Assembly: GCA_050084515.1 (NCBI GenBank)
Contig: CM114271.1
Location: 29,326,001-29,390,000, forward strand
Direction: 5' to 3'
DNA: 64,000 nt
DNA from: Blasia pusilla
Taxonomy: Eukaryota
Shown here piece after piece: positions 25,679-37,800 of this stretch (positions within the stretch are counted from its first letter, which is position 1; each line of letters starts with the position of its first letter). Under the pieces are notes generated by a model. It saw only the letters and a list, made by a program, of their open reading frames with translations. It was not told the DNA's origin and ran no database searches. Position numbers and translations under genes: made by a program.

Positions 25679-28600
25679 CAACTTCCGAGGAGAACCCAAG
25701 CTGCGAGTAAAGCTAGCCGGGAAAAAAATGAAATTGCCGCCTCCTGGGAGAAACCTTCGGTCAAATTTCCGGGTCACGTCTTCCCCTTTCCGGCAACTGG
25801 CTGGTCGTGAGATTAGATGTCAGAATTTGGCTATTTTCCGGGAGGATGTCGGCAAATTTTTTTCCATATGTAGGCAGCCGGAATATTGTTGGTAAGCATT
25901 TTCAGGGGGCCGAAGTCGTGCCGGGTTAGTATCCGACTGCCGGTAAACGGACACTACTATATCCGTTGGATCAGTCCGAGGAGGAGATGTAAGCCGTCCG
26001 ATTAAGGCTCCAATTTTGGGCAAGCCGCCTCCAACGGCTCAAGTGCTCCACATCCGAGGAGTCCAAAGACTCCAAAGTCCGAGACTCCAAGTTTGTCCGA
26101 CTCTCAAGGGGGCCGAGGGGGGTAGTGGGTTGGGTGGAGGTCGGGGTGCTCACTTCGTGTTGCTGCTGTGCGATTGATCCTCTTGTCGTTTCCTCTCTCG
26201 AGTGTGGACTCTTTGTGTTTCGTTCTTCGTTGCTCGTTTGTTTCCCCTCTCGAGAGTCTATTCTCGATTCTCTTGCTGTGTACTCGCGATTTCTCTGCTG
26301 TGAGATTATCAAGTCTCGACTTGTTCGTTTGAGTCTCAGCAGCTGTAGGAGGTTCTCGAAGTGAGAGGTGGAGGAATTTTTGTTTAGGAGTCGACCTGTT
26401 TACTCAAGACTGGCCATTCTGAACTTCTGAAGTCGAGGGGAGAATCATTGTCGTTGCATAGAGCTCGGCTCGTCTATCAACTTGTCACGATTCTAGCTAT
26501 GCGCGGTAGTAGTAGGTGTCTTCACTCTCGACGCTTGGTTTGCGGCTGACAGTTGGTGTGGACACTTGCTCTTGCCGGGCTGTGAGCTCGTGAATTTGGA
26601 CTCTCGGCTTTTGTGGCTATTTCTTGATTCTTGTCTAGCGTTGGTCCGGGCCTCTATGAAACGACTTTCGTTGCATCTCGCCATTTCCTAAACTCGTTGT
26701 AGTAGCCGTGAGCTTAGTTAACTCCCTCGGACGTTCTTTCCCATCTTTCGGCCCAATCTCTCAACCCGCAATCCCAAGACCCAACTCCGCATGTACAACG
26801 ATTGTGCAGATTGGTATGCCCTCCATATACTTGGTTTACACACGATCGGATCATTGTTTAGACACTTTTCTGTTTTTCATTGCTTCATTCACCGGTTTTA
26901 GACCTGTATTTGTTGTCCTTCCGCAACTCCCTTCGCTTTGCACTTGCGCATTGTATCACTTTCCTTCTTGAAAATAGGGTATCAATTTTTGTTTAGGGGT
27001 GGGAACTTTGGCTTAAAGGTCTTAAGCCTTACTTGTACTACACTAGATTAGGTTGTCCCTTGTTTTCTTGGACATCGATTGTGTCTCATAGATGGCTAAG
27101 AGACAGCGAACTATGAGCGAGATGTTAAACAAAGAGGTAGGCCATGACCTTCCAGAGGATAGAAGTTGCTCAGAGTCATCAGATGGACAGGAAGTTAACA
27201 AATCATGCTCTCCTTCTGAAGCCCAGATTGAGAAGAATCCATTGGCTTGGAAGGATGTCTGGTACTCCTTATTTGATTGGATAGAGTTCCATGTAGAATC
27301 CAGTAGAATATTTTGTAAAGTTTGTAGAAAGGGGAAGGGCAAGAATTCTTTCGCAAGAGACGGTGCTATAAACTGTAAGGTTTCAGCCTTCACTGATCAT
27401 GGTAAATCTAATGAGCACATGAAGCTTTCTTGGGCTGCTAATGTAGGAAACAAGTCCATGGCCAAGGCCATTGCCACTTCTAATCGTACTTGTGACACTG
27501 CCTTATTGACATTGTTTGAATGTGCTTATTTTATTGCGAAGGAATCAATGGCTTTTTCCAAATTTACGAACCTGTGTAAGTTGCTGCTGTCGGTAAATGC
27601 ACCCATTACTCGAGATTTGTACCAAGATGAGAAGAGTTATGTACATATATGTTACTACATTAGTGAGGTTTTGCATAGAAGAACTCTTTTAAAAGTACAA
27701 CAATCTTCTTTCTTTGGGATAGTAATAGATGAGTCTACTGATATTTCAGTAACGGGTCATCTGGTGGTATTTGCAACTTACTTACAAGAGGGGCAAGTGG
27801 AGAATTCTTTTCTAGGATTGCTGCAATGTCCAGGGAAGTGTTCTAATGCAATTACCAACAATCTTATAGAGTTGATCAAGGACTCTGGACTAGATAGTTC
27901 TAAAATGGTAGCTTTTGGATCAGACGGAGCCTCCACAATGGTAGGTGGTCAGAATGGAGTAGCAAGTCAATTGAAGCAGAAGGTAAACCCTTTTTTGCTC
28001 TCTGTACATTGCGCTGCACATAGGACCAACCTTGCTGCTTTGACAGCAGCCAAAGGACCAGGGTGTAAAGATGTATCTATAGAAATAGACTCTCTCTTGA
28101 ATGCTATAGCTAGATATTTTAGGAAATCTTCAAAGAGGAAGTGTGGGCTTGCTGCTTTGCAGGAGAAGTTGAATGATTCTCAAAGAGTGATGAAAAGATA
28201 TCACAAAATTTGTTGGTTGTCACGATGGCAAGCCGTGACTACTTTGTGTGACTCGTTAGAGTCTGTCCTCATATATTTTAGGGATATTCCCCACTCCGAA
28301 GATGATGGTAATGCTGCTAATATGTACAACAAGTTAAGATCATTTGAAATGATCTATCAGTTGTACTTCTTGGCAGATATCTTGTTTATACTTGCTAACT
28401 TGAGTAAGGTATTCCAATATAAGTTTGTAGATGTTAGTACCATTGGTAGTATTGTGAATTCTGAGGTAGCCTCTATTACAATGAACTTTGTGATGGAGAA
28501 TCATAACTTGAATGCTTCTACATTCTCTGAGGCAACAGGTTATCATCTCTTACTTGATTTTGGACCCCCTAGAGGATATTTAAAACGATTGCAATCTGAG

Positions 28601-29969
28601 ATTAGGGGTAGAAAGTACCACAACATTGAAATGTTGAGGGATCATACTGGAAAGGATTTGCACGCTGCTCTAACTTTCCAGAAGAGTTATGCTGAGAATG
28701 TATGTGCGGCCTTACATGATCGATTCAGGGACAATAATCTGATTGGTGCAATGAGGATTATGAATTCTCTACATATGCCCTCTAGGCTAGTAGGGTTGAA
28801 CAGTTGGGGTTGTAAGGATGTAGATGATCTCTGTGCACATTTTGGAAGGGATGCTCCTCTCAGGGGTCATCTGCAACCTGTTGTTGTGAACTCAGGAGTT
28901 GTGAAACTAGAGTTTCAGTCATTTAAGCTCATGGCCTCAACAAAATGGAAAGACAAGAACTTTCGAGATCTCTGGACAATGGTAAGTTGGAGCCCATCCT
29001 TGCAATGTAAGTTCTCAAATTTGCTGGTATTAGCCAACATTGCTAGGGTGCAATGCGTGAGTACTTCGATTTGTGAGAGAGCATTCTCTGTGCAGAATAT
29101 GATAAAGACAAAGTGTCGAAATAGATTATTGAGTAAGCATTTAGATGTTGTTCTTAGGATAGCCTTGGACGGGAAGATTGTTGACTATGAGGATCTATTG
29201 GTTGAATCGGTAGTGCTTTGGAAAAACTCTGCACACTTTAGGTATGTGTATGCTAACCCAGAGAGATATGTGAATGATGTGGACACCATAGTAGAGGCTG
29301 CAATTGTAGAAGATTCTCCAAGTGCACCAGTTTCAGATGTTTAGTAGGTAGGGAGGGAGGGAGAGGTGAGAAGGTAGGGTCCCTTTTGTAGTACATGAAA
29401 GGTTTTGTGATAAAACCTTTCATGTACTATGAAGGGGTTGGATCCTTGGTTCCCAAATGGTGGGAAGCCTGGCCATGTTCAATTCCGGCCAAGGATGTGA
29501 AATTGTGAATGTGGGATAGAAGGAGTGAGGACCTGAGAAACTTGGATGATCCTTGGCTCCCAAGTGGTGGGAGGCTTGCCAGGTTCAAATCCTACCAAGG
29601 AAGTTTTAAGAAGAGAGGTAAGATTTTTTAGATGAGGGTAGAATTCTAAAGACTTTGAGAAGTTTGGGCTTAAGAGAGGATTGTGGACTTTGGAGAGGAT
29701 TGTTGCACAATGAAGTTCCTAGAGAAAACTTTTCGCGGCTATATTAAGAGTTTTCCGGATATTTACCGGGGCCTTTCAAATGAATAGGAAACTTGCCGTT
29801 TAAATATTGAAATATTCAGAAATTTTTTGTAGCAGGATTAAATCATCAAAAATTTACTGCCTACTTCCAAAACAGCCAATTATTACCGAACGAAATTTCC
29901 AAAAATCCGACCTCGGACATCAAAGACCGATAACTCACTGCTTCCTGGAGAAAAACTCCCCGGACCCTG
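25679..29969 (+). mobile_element. hAT DNA transposon copy 1 (autonomous structure)
   Basis: Perfect 8-bp TSD ATGTAGAG at 25671-25678 and 29970-29977. Imperfect TIRs CAACTTCCGAGGAG / CTCCCCGGACCCTG. Transposase ORF inside. Confidence 0.93.
27092..29344 (+). CDS. hAT-family transposase (ZNF862-like, N-terminal TTF-type zinc finger)
   Basis: 750-aa open ORF with IFCKVC...HGKSNEH, IDESTD, FGSDGAS, HCAAHR, (C)WLSR, CERAFS and IKTK.RNRL. Confidence 0.92.
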   Translation: MAKRQRTMSEMLNKEVGHDLPEDRSCSESSDGQEVNKSCSPSEAQIEKNPLAWKDVWYSLFDWIEFHVESSRIFCKVCRKGKGKNSFARDGAINCKVSAFTDHGKSNEHMKLSWAANVGNKSMAKAIATSNRTCDTALLTLFECAYFIAKESMAFSKFTNLCKLLLSVNAPITRDLYQDEKSYVHICYYISEVLHRRTLLKVQQSSFFGIVIDESTDISVTGHLVVFATYLQEGQVENSFLGLLQCPGKCSNAITNNLIELIKDSGLDSSKMVAFGSDGASTMVGGQNGVASQLKQKVNPFLLSVHCAAHRTNLAALTAAKGPGCKDVSIEIDSLLNAIARYFRKSSKRKCGLAALQEKLNDSQRVMKRYHKICWLSRWQAVTTLCDSLESVLIYFRDIPHSEDDGNAANMYNKLRSFEMIYQLYFLADILFILANLSKVFQYKFVDVSTIGSIVNSEVASITMNFVMENHNLNASTFSEATGYHLLLDFGPPRGYLKRLQSEIRGRKYHNIEMLRDHTGKDLHAALTFQKSYAENVCAALHDRFRDNNLIGAMRIMNSLHMPSRLVGLNSWGCKDVDDLCAHFGRDAPLRGHLQPVVVNSGVVKLEFQSFKLMASTKWKDKNFRDLWTMVSWSPSLQCKFSNLLVLANIARVQCVSTSICERAFSVQNMIKTKCRNRLLSKHLDVVLRIALDGKIVDYEDLLVESVVLWKNSAHFRYVYANPERYVNDVDTIVEAAIVEDSPSAPVSDV

Positions 29970-30464
29970 ATGTAGAGATGCAGAGGCTAAGAGGGTTGTA
30001 GCAACGTCCGAGGAGAACCGAGGCTGCGAGTAGAGCTGGCCGACTGGAATTGGAAATTACCGACTGGAATTGGAAATTACCAGCAGCATTTCCGAGGGTT
30101 GCCTACCTTCTTCCGAAAAGTGGCTGGCTGCGTTATTATCTCCCGGATGTTTGTTGGTTACAGGGAGAATCTGGTCGGTAAATGTCCGTTCCCGGGAGGT
30201 ATTGCCGGAATAGTACTGTTTTGCATTTTTGACTAGCCGGATTATCACCGGGGTACTAACCGAGCGTCGGCAAATTGAGAAGATGGGAGGGCAAGGTGGA
30301 AGCTTTTGAATGGACCCTGACCACTTCGTGACGTCCGTTAGATTCTTTCTGGGCGTTTTAAGCCGTCCGCTCTAGGCCAAGCCGCTTGTGGGGTAGTGAT
30401 GCGAGGTAGTGATGTCCAGATGCATATCCGGAATCCGGATTCCAGAATCCGGAGGGTCCGAGAC

Positions 30465-31450
30465 TCCAAGGTGGTAGTGGGTCTAGTGAAACCGAGGGGT
30501 GCCATTTCCCTCTCAGGATTCTCAGCCCGCGCTTGAGTCTCAACTCTCTAGTTCTCTCTACGATTGTCTCATCGCTTCGTGACATCGTCTCTTCGTGACA
30601 TCGTCGCTTCGTCTCGTTGCTTCGTCTCGTTTCTTTCTTGCTCTCACTTTGTGCAAGACAGTGCAGCAGCAGCGGCTCTTCGGGACCCTTGTGTGAGACA
30701 GTGAGAAGTTGATCTCGTGTGACTCTCGACTTTCGACTGTCAACTTTCGCAGCTCGCTCTGTCCGGACTCTTGGTCTTATTGTGGAAGATATTGCGGCAC
30801 TACGGGGGACTCTCGAGTTGAGTCTCGACTTTCATTTTGAGGCACTACGGCAGCGCGGCTATAGCTCTCGCTCTGTGTCTGGAGTCTCGCTATGTGGCTG
30901 CGACTCTCGACTCTTGCTCTGCAGCTCGGACTTGTCAATGAATGACTACTGTGGTCAGTGGGTCGAGTGAAGCTGAGGGATGCCATTTCCCTCTCAGGAT
31001 TCTCAGCCCGCGCGTCTCGAGTCTCCACTATCATCTCTTTGTCTCGTCGCTTCGTGACATTGTCTCGTTTCTTTGTTGCTCTCACATTGTGCGAAACAGT
31101 GTGGCAGCAACGTCTCTTCATCTCGTCTCTTTGTTGTTCACATTGTGCGAGATAGTGCTGCAGCAGCGGCTCTACAAAACACGGGTGTGAGAAAGTGGGA
31201 AGTTGAGAACGTGTGACTCTCTCGACTTTCGACCGTCAACTCTCGCAGCTCGCTCTGTCCGGACTCTTGGTCTTGTTTTGTGCAAGATAGTGCGGCACTA
31301 CGGGGGACTCTCCCAGCTCGCTCTTTCCGGACTCTTGCTCTTGTTGTGCAAGATAGTGCGGCACTACGGGGGACTCTCAAGTTGAGTCTCGACTTTCATT
31401 TTGAGGCACTACGGCTGCGCGGTTGTAGCTCTCGCTCTGTGTCTCGCTCA
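30465..31450 (+). repeat. Internal direct duplication in the 5' region of hAT copy 2
   Basis: 30470-30900 is repeated at 30950-31450 (e.g. GCCATTTCCCTCTCAGGATTCTCAGCCCGCGC; GCGGCACTACGGGGGACTCTC occurs 3 times). Confidence 0.8.
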
Positions 31451-32059
31451 GAGTCTTGCTATGTCGACTCTGTTGACGCTTTCTTTCCTTTCATGACTAG
31501 CCCGCTACAATGCTGTTGCGTATCAACGACGAATCTCGCTGCATTGAAACAGTGGAGTAGCCGCAGCACCTGAGATTCGGATCTCTCTCGAACGCTGTGA
31601 AATTTGCTCTTCCTAGAAATCTGTATTCAGCTCCGTAGTCTGTCAAGGATCCGATTTGTCTGTCTGCTCGGCAATCTTCTGATTTTTCTGTCGAGCCACT
31701 TCCGGTTGTACAACATTTTTGCACATTAGTCAGGCCTTTGGATAATCCATTTCAACGAGAGTATTACAGTACTCACGATCTCCTTTAGCATGCTATGTGT
31801 TAAGACAGAATTTAGAACTTGACAGGTTTCTTATCACAATTTCTGAGGCTTTCGATTTGCTCTTTTACAGGCTTTAGAATTTGAGTTGATGCCCTTCTTT
31901 CCTCTTCGTTATTGTTTACTTTTCGTGATTGCAAACAGACTTTTGTTTTCGGGTAAGGGTGGGAACTTGTGACTTAAAAAGGTCTTAAAGTTCCTTGACC
32001 TAAACTACACTAGGTCAATTCCAACCTCTATCTGCTTGGATATTATTGTTCTGTCATAG

Positions 32060-34315
32060 ATGGCTTAGAGACAGCGAACTATGAGCAAGATGTTAAACAA
32101 AGAAGTAAGCCAAGATTTTCCAGAGGACAGAAGTCGGTCAGGTTCAGGATCATCGGATGGGTAGGAAAATGAAAAATCTAGTGCTCCTTCTGGAAGTCAA
32201 GTCGAGAAGAATCGATTGGCTTGGAAGGATGTATGGTACACGTTATTTGATTGGATAGAATTTCATGTAGAATCCGGTAGAATATTTTGCAAAGTTTGTA
32301 AACAGGGGAAGGGCAAGAATTCCTTTGCAAGAGATGGTGCCATAAACTGTAAGGTTTCGGCCTTTACAGATCATGGTAAATCTAATGAACATGTGAAGCT
32401 TTCTTGGGTTGCAAATATAGGAAACAAGTCCATGGTCAAGGCCATTGCCACTACTAATAGGACCTATGACACTGCTTTGTTGACTTTGTTTAAGTGCGCA
32501 TATTTTATTGCGAAGGAAGCCATGGCTTTTGCCAAATTTCCGAATCTGTGTAAGTTGCTTCTTTCTGTGAATGCACCAATTACCCGAGATTTATACCAGA
32601 ATGAGAAGAGTGGTGCTGAAATGTGTTATTATATTAGTCAAGTGCTATATAGAAGAACCCTTCTGAGAGTGCAACAATCCCCTTTTTTTGGGATCATGAT
32701 TGATGAGTCTACTGATATTTCAGTAACGGGTCATCTTGTAGTATTTGCAACATACATACAAGAGGGGCAAGTGGAGAATTCTTATCTAGGATTGCTGCAG
32801 TGTCCAGAGAAGTGTTCCAATTCAATTACTAACCATCTTATAGAGTTGATCAAGGATTGTGGACTAGATAGTTCTAAGATGGTGGCTTTTGGATCAGATG
32901 GAGCCTCCACTATGGTAGGTAGTCAAAATGGAGTAGCTTCTCAGTTGAAGAAAAAGGTGAATCCTTTTCTGCTGTCTGTGCATTGCGTTGCGCATAGAAC
33001 TAACTTAGCTGCTTTGACAGCAGCCAAAGGAGTAGGGTGCAAAGATGTATCTATAGAAATAGATTCTATCTTGAATACTATAGCTGGATACTTTAGAAGG
33101 TCTTCAAAGAGGAAGTGTGGTCTTGCAGCTTTGCAGGAGAAGTTGAATGATTCTCAAAGGGTCATGAAAAGATATCATAAAATTCGTTGGTTGTCGCGAT
33201 GGCAATCCGTGACTACTTTGTGTGATTCATTAGAGTCTGTCCTTACATACTTCAGGATATTCCCGTCAAGAGGCGATGGTAATGCTGCTAATATGTACAA
33301 CAAGTTGAGATCATTTCAAATGATCTACCAGTTGTATTTTTGGGCAGACATTTTGTGTATACTTGCTAACTTGAGTAAGGTTTTCCAGTACAAGTTTGTA
33401 GATGTTAGTACCATTGGTAGTATTGTGAATTCTAAAATTGCCTCTATTACAATGAACTTTGTGATGGAGAGTCATGACTTGAATGCTTCTACATTCTCGG
33501 AGGCAACATGTTACCATCTCTTACCTGATTTTGGACCCCCTGGTGGTTATTTAAAACGATTGCAATCTGAGATCAAGGGTAGAAAGTATCATAGTATTGA
33601 AATGTTGAGGGATCCTAGTGGAAAGGATTTACTTGTTGCTCTAACTTTCCAGAAAAGTTATGTTGAGAATGTATGTGCGGCCTTACAAGATCGATTCAGG
33701 GACAATAATTTGATAGGTGCAATGAGGAATTTGAATGCTCTACATATGCCCTCAAGGCTTGTGGGGTTGAATAGTTGGGGTTGCAAGGATGTTGATGATC
33801 TTTGTACACATTTTGGAAGAGATTCTCCTATGAGGGGTCAATTGCAACCTGTTGTTGTGAATCCAACAGCAATAAAACTAGAGTTTCAGTCATTTAAGCT
33901 CATGGCCACGACAGAATGGAAAGACAGGAACTTTCGAGATCTGTGGGCAATGGTAAGTTGGAGTCCATCCTTGCAATGTAAGTTCTCAAATTTGCTTATA
34001 TTAGCTAACATTGCTAGGGTACAATGTGTGAGTACTGCAATTTGTGAGAGAGCTTTCTCTGTGCAGAATATGATTAAGACAAAGTGTCGTAATAGATTAA
34101 CGACTAAGCATTTAGATGATGTTCTAAGGATAGCATTGGAGGGGAAGATTGTTGACTATGAGGATCTTTTGGTCGAATCGGTACTGCTTTGGAAAAATTC
34201 TGCACACTTTAGATATGTGTATTCTAATCCTGAGAAATACGTGAATGACGTGGACACTCCAATAGAGGCTCCAAGTATAGAAGATTGTCCAAGTGCACCA
34301 ATTTCAGATGTTTAG
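32060..34315 (+). pseudogene. hAT transposase copy 2, N-terminus disrupted (699-aa ORF remains from 32216)
   Basis: The ATG homologous to copy 1 at 32060 is followed by TAG stops at 32066 and 32162. The rest is collinear with copy 1 and retains IDESTD, SDG, RWLSR and CERAFS. Confidence 0.85.
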
Positions 34316-34791
34316 TAGGTGGGGATGGAGGGATGAGAGGTTAGGGTCCCTTTTCTAGTACATTAAAGGTTTTGTGTGAAAACCTTTAATGTACTATGAA
34401 GGGGTTGGATCCTTGGTTCCCAATTGGTGGGAAGCCTGGCCAGGTTCAATTCCTGCCAAGGATGTGAATGTGGGATATAGGGGGAGTGAAGACAGGAGTA
34501 CCGGGACTTAAGAAAAATGTCAAATGGATGATCCTTGGCTCCCAAGTGGTGGGAGGCTTGCCAGGTTCAAACCATGCCAAGGAAGAAAGTTGAGATGGTG
34601 ACTTTGGAGAGTTAGGATGTTTGGTTGGTAAAGTTTCTATAGCATCCAAGTTATGCAGAGGAAAAAAATTCATTATTATCTTCCATTACTATCTTCCATT
34701 ACCGATTAAAATCTGTAAGTTGTGCTTCAGACTCCTGGTATGCCAATGTCAAAGAAGAAATTCATTACTTTTTGCTTGTGCTCTCATGTAG

Positions 34792-34896
34792 GATGCAAAT
34801 AAACAGTCACACAGGGGTTTCGGCTTTGTAACCTTTTCTGATGAAGGTGCTGCTGAACGTGTTGCTCTCCGCACACACGAGCTTCTTGGTCATCAG
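34792..34896 (+). other. Captured host exon encoding part of an RRM RNA-binding domain
   Basis: AG at 34790-34791, then 105 nt encoding DANKQSHRGFGFVTFSDEGAAERVALRTHELLGHQ, then GT at 34897-34898. Contains the RNP1 octamer RGFGFVTF. Absent from hAT copy 1. Confidence 0.85.
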
Positions 34897-37800
34897 GTCT
34901 GACTTCTAGGTCCCTTAGATATGAGCTTTGTTAATCTAGATAAGGAGTGGCTATCCAAGAGTGGCCCAAGTTGCGTTATGTCCCCCAATGCCCGGATTAT
35001 GTCCCCAATGCCGGTTATTTTGAAATTGAGCCGGAAATTGGCTGGCGCCTTTCAAAAGAATAGGAAATGTGCTCTTAAAAATTTTTTATTTTCAGAAATT
35101 GACTGTAACAAAATTAAAATATCAGAAATCTACTGCCTGTTTTAAAAACTATCTTCCATTACCGATTAAAATCTGGGAAAATCCGATTCCGGTTAGGAAA
35201 AACGGTAACTAGCTGGTACCGAGGAAAAAACTCCCCGGACCCTGGGCTGCAGGAGTCGGGTAGAGTAGAGTGCGGGGCCCAAAGGGAGGCAACTGGGTCA
35301 TGGGAGCACAAGGCTAAGGGTGGAAGGTGAATGGACACGGGCTCATAGGGAGCCACGTGCACGCATTAAATGAGGACGGAGTTGGGGTGTGCTAGAAGGG
35401 CAGCAAGAAGGAAGAGAGAAGGGGACGGGGAAGGAGGAGGAAGGAAGCGGGCCAAGGCTTTCCCCGCCCTCCCCACACACACAAATTTAAGTCTAGGTCC
35501 AAAGAAGGTGGGATGAGAGAGAGGGTCAGGCAGGGCCGTGCATAGGCTAGCGAGCCCTAAGACGCGGATAAGGAGGGTGATGCGACTAGCCAGGGGGGAC
35601 GGAGATCCGGAGGAGTCTGGTGAAGGAAGGAGTGAGGATGGGGGTCGGGGGCCCTAAAGGAGAAAATGCCAAGGAAGGAGGTTAGAGGTTGCTCGCGGAT
35701 GGAACTAGGTTGGTCGAGAAGAGAGGAGAGCGACTGCATAGGGATGCGGGCTAGTAGGAGCGCCGGAGGGTGAAACAGGCCAGGGAGTAAGGCTGACGGA
35801 GTTGGCCAGACGTGGTAGCTATGGTCCGAATGTGGTAGGGCCGGCACTAACGTAGTAAAGCCACTATGGACATGGTTGCGTAGGCTGACTATGGTATGTG
35901 AGCTATTAGGGTAGGTAGGTTACCATGGTTAAAGTTTGTTGGTAGTTGGGATCCAGGGTTGATTCTAGTTACCATGGTTGGAGAGTTTTCCGATAGACGT
36001 CATGTATTGGCAAGCATGGATGGAAGTTGTGTGTTTAGTTTGACTGCGACCAGAATGGTTGATTTGCACTGAAAATTAATGATGGAGAGTTGACAAAAAA
36101 ATGTTGGTATGTTGATGCCGAGGGGTTGTCTGCATCTGTTGACGAGAGGTTCGAGGTGTTGTTCGAGGAGAGTGTCGTGTCGTAGAGGTTTCCGCACCAC
36201 ATGGAGAAGTCAAGGTTGATGGTGGAGAAGATTGAGGGCGGGCGTGATCAGGTTACCCATTCGAGTCCCTTTTCCCGCACTTATCTTGTGTGATTGAGAG
36301 TGCTAGGTATCGGATAGTTGCTAGTGTTAGATGGGATGGGCATAGCGATGCTGACGAGTGTAGACTCCTTTCATGTGTAGCAAGTTGGTGGATATATGGT
36401 GGTTTCCGAGTAGGGGTCGTGCGTATGACTCAAGAGTGTTAGTAGTTTAGGTGAGTTAGTTGGGAGGCTCATGGTGAGCCCGAGTGTTGAGTGTGCGTGA
36501 GGCCGGGTATATCATCACGGGATTACCATTAGCATAGGTGAGCTAGTGAAGAGTATGGGAGACTCTTGGTAAGTTTGAGTGCTTGAGCGGGTGAGACAGG
36601 GTTGTCATCATGACGTTCTTCCAGAATTCAGAAGAATGGGGTAGTACAAATAGTGGTAGTGGAGTGATACGGAGTGGTGTGAGGTACCGAGGGGTTTTGA
36701 GTGAGGAACCATCCAGACTCCCATTAGTGGCAGGATCGTCATCACTAGACAACGGGTTTGATAATGAGATCGCGGACGAGGAAAGTGATAGGTGGAGAGA
36801 GATGGATGACATGGGCCATCTGGGCATGCGTCATTTCTTGGGTGGTGTAGGCAACGTAGATTTAGATGACTTCATCCAGGAGTTCGACACATGATGCGAC
36901 TTCCAGGAGATACAGACCCCTACGCGGTTTAACCCTTTTATGGCATGGAAGGGGTTCTTATAGCACTTGGAGGGTCCGCCGATGGATGATTACATGGAGT
37001 TCCAATCTCTATACTCTATAAAGATTAATGCTTGGAGGGTGTATTGGGCTCCAAGGTATGTGTCCACTAGTGGCCGCGAGGCGTATGATGGGGTAATGAG
37101 AGCAAAAAGACCTACACCATCAGCCCGGGAACTAGATGGAGAGGATGGAAGTGAGAGTGGTGAGGTGGGAGAGACCTCTTATGGTAGAGGACCACCAAGT
37201 TTCAGTCTTATAGTGGAGTTCTTCCGATAGTTGGGGAGGAGCTACCATGGCGTGCGGAATGATAAGTTGAAGACTCTACAGGATTTTCAGCGGAGATTGG
37301 TTGAGTCTAAGGGAGACATTCACTCGCATGCAACGGTGGATCGTTGCCACATATGGGGTGATTGAGGCGCAATCGGTAGAATATTGGTATGGGGTGCTAG
37401 ATGAAGAGCTATGGAGGAGAGTTCGAGATGCGATGTTGCTTCATATGGCAAAGCCAGATTGAACGTGGTCTTCGAGTTTTTTGAGCGGGTAGAGCTCAAC
37501 ATAAGTGAGGAGTAGGTGATGACCACGAGATTTTTTTGGGATACGACAAGCTGAGGAGTAGGAGTAGACCCACAGGTGCCCCACTATGCAGTGGTACCAC
37601 GAGAGCGGGCGGATGGGCCTAGATAGCGGGACAGGTATCATGAGCCGATGAGGCAACAGCCCGTACCGACATATGTTTCCTAGCAGGGACTAGGGTTGGA
37701 TTGTTGGATGTGTGGTGGGTCACATAGGCAGAGGGATTGCCCATATGCATAAGAGAGGGCCACAGGAGCCTCCGATTGCTTAGGATCCACAGAGGATGGC

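Larger units (their letters stand above)
30002..35244 (+). mobile_element. hAT DNA transposon copy 2
   Basis: TIRs CAACGTCCGAGGAG / CTCCCCGGACCCTG. TSD GGTTGTAG (29994-30001) vs GGCTGCAG (35245-35252), differing by two C/T changes. Confidence 0.9.
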
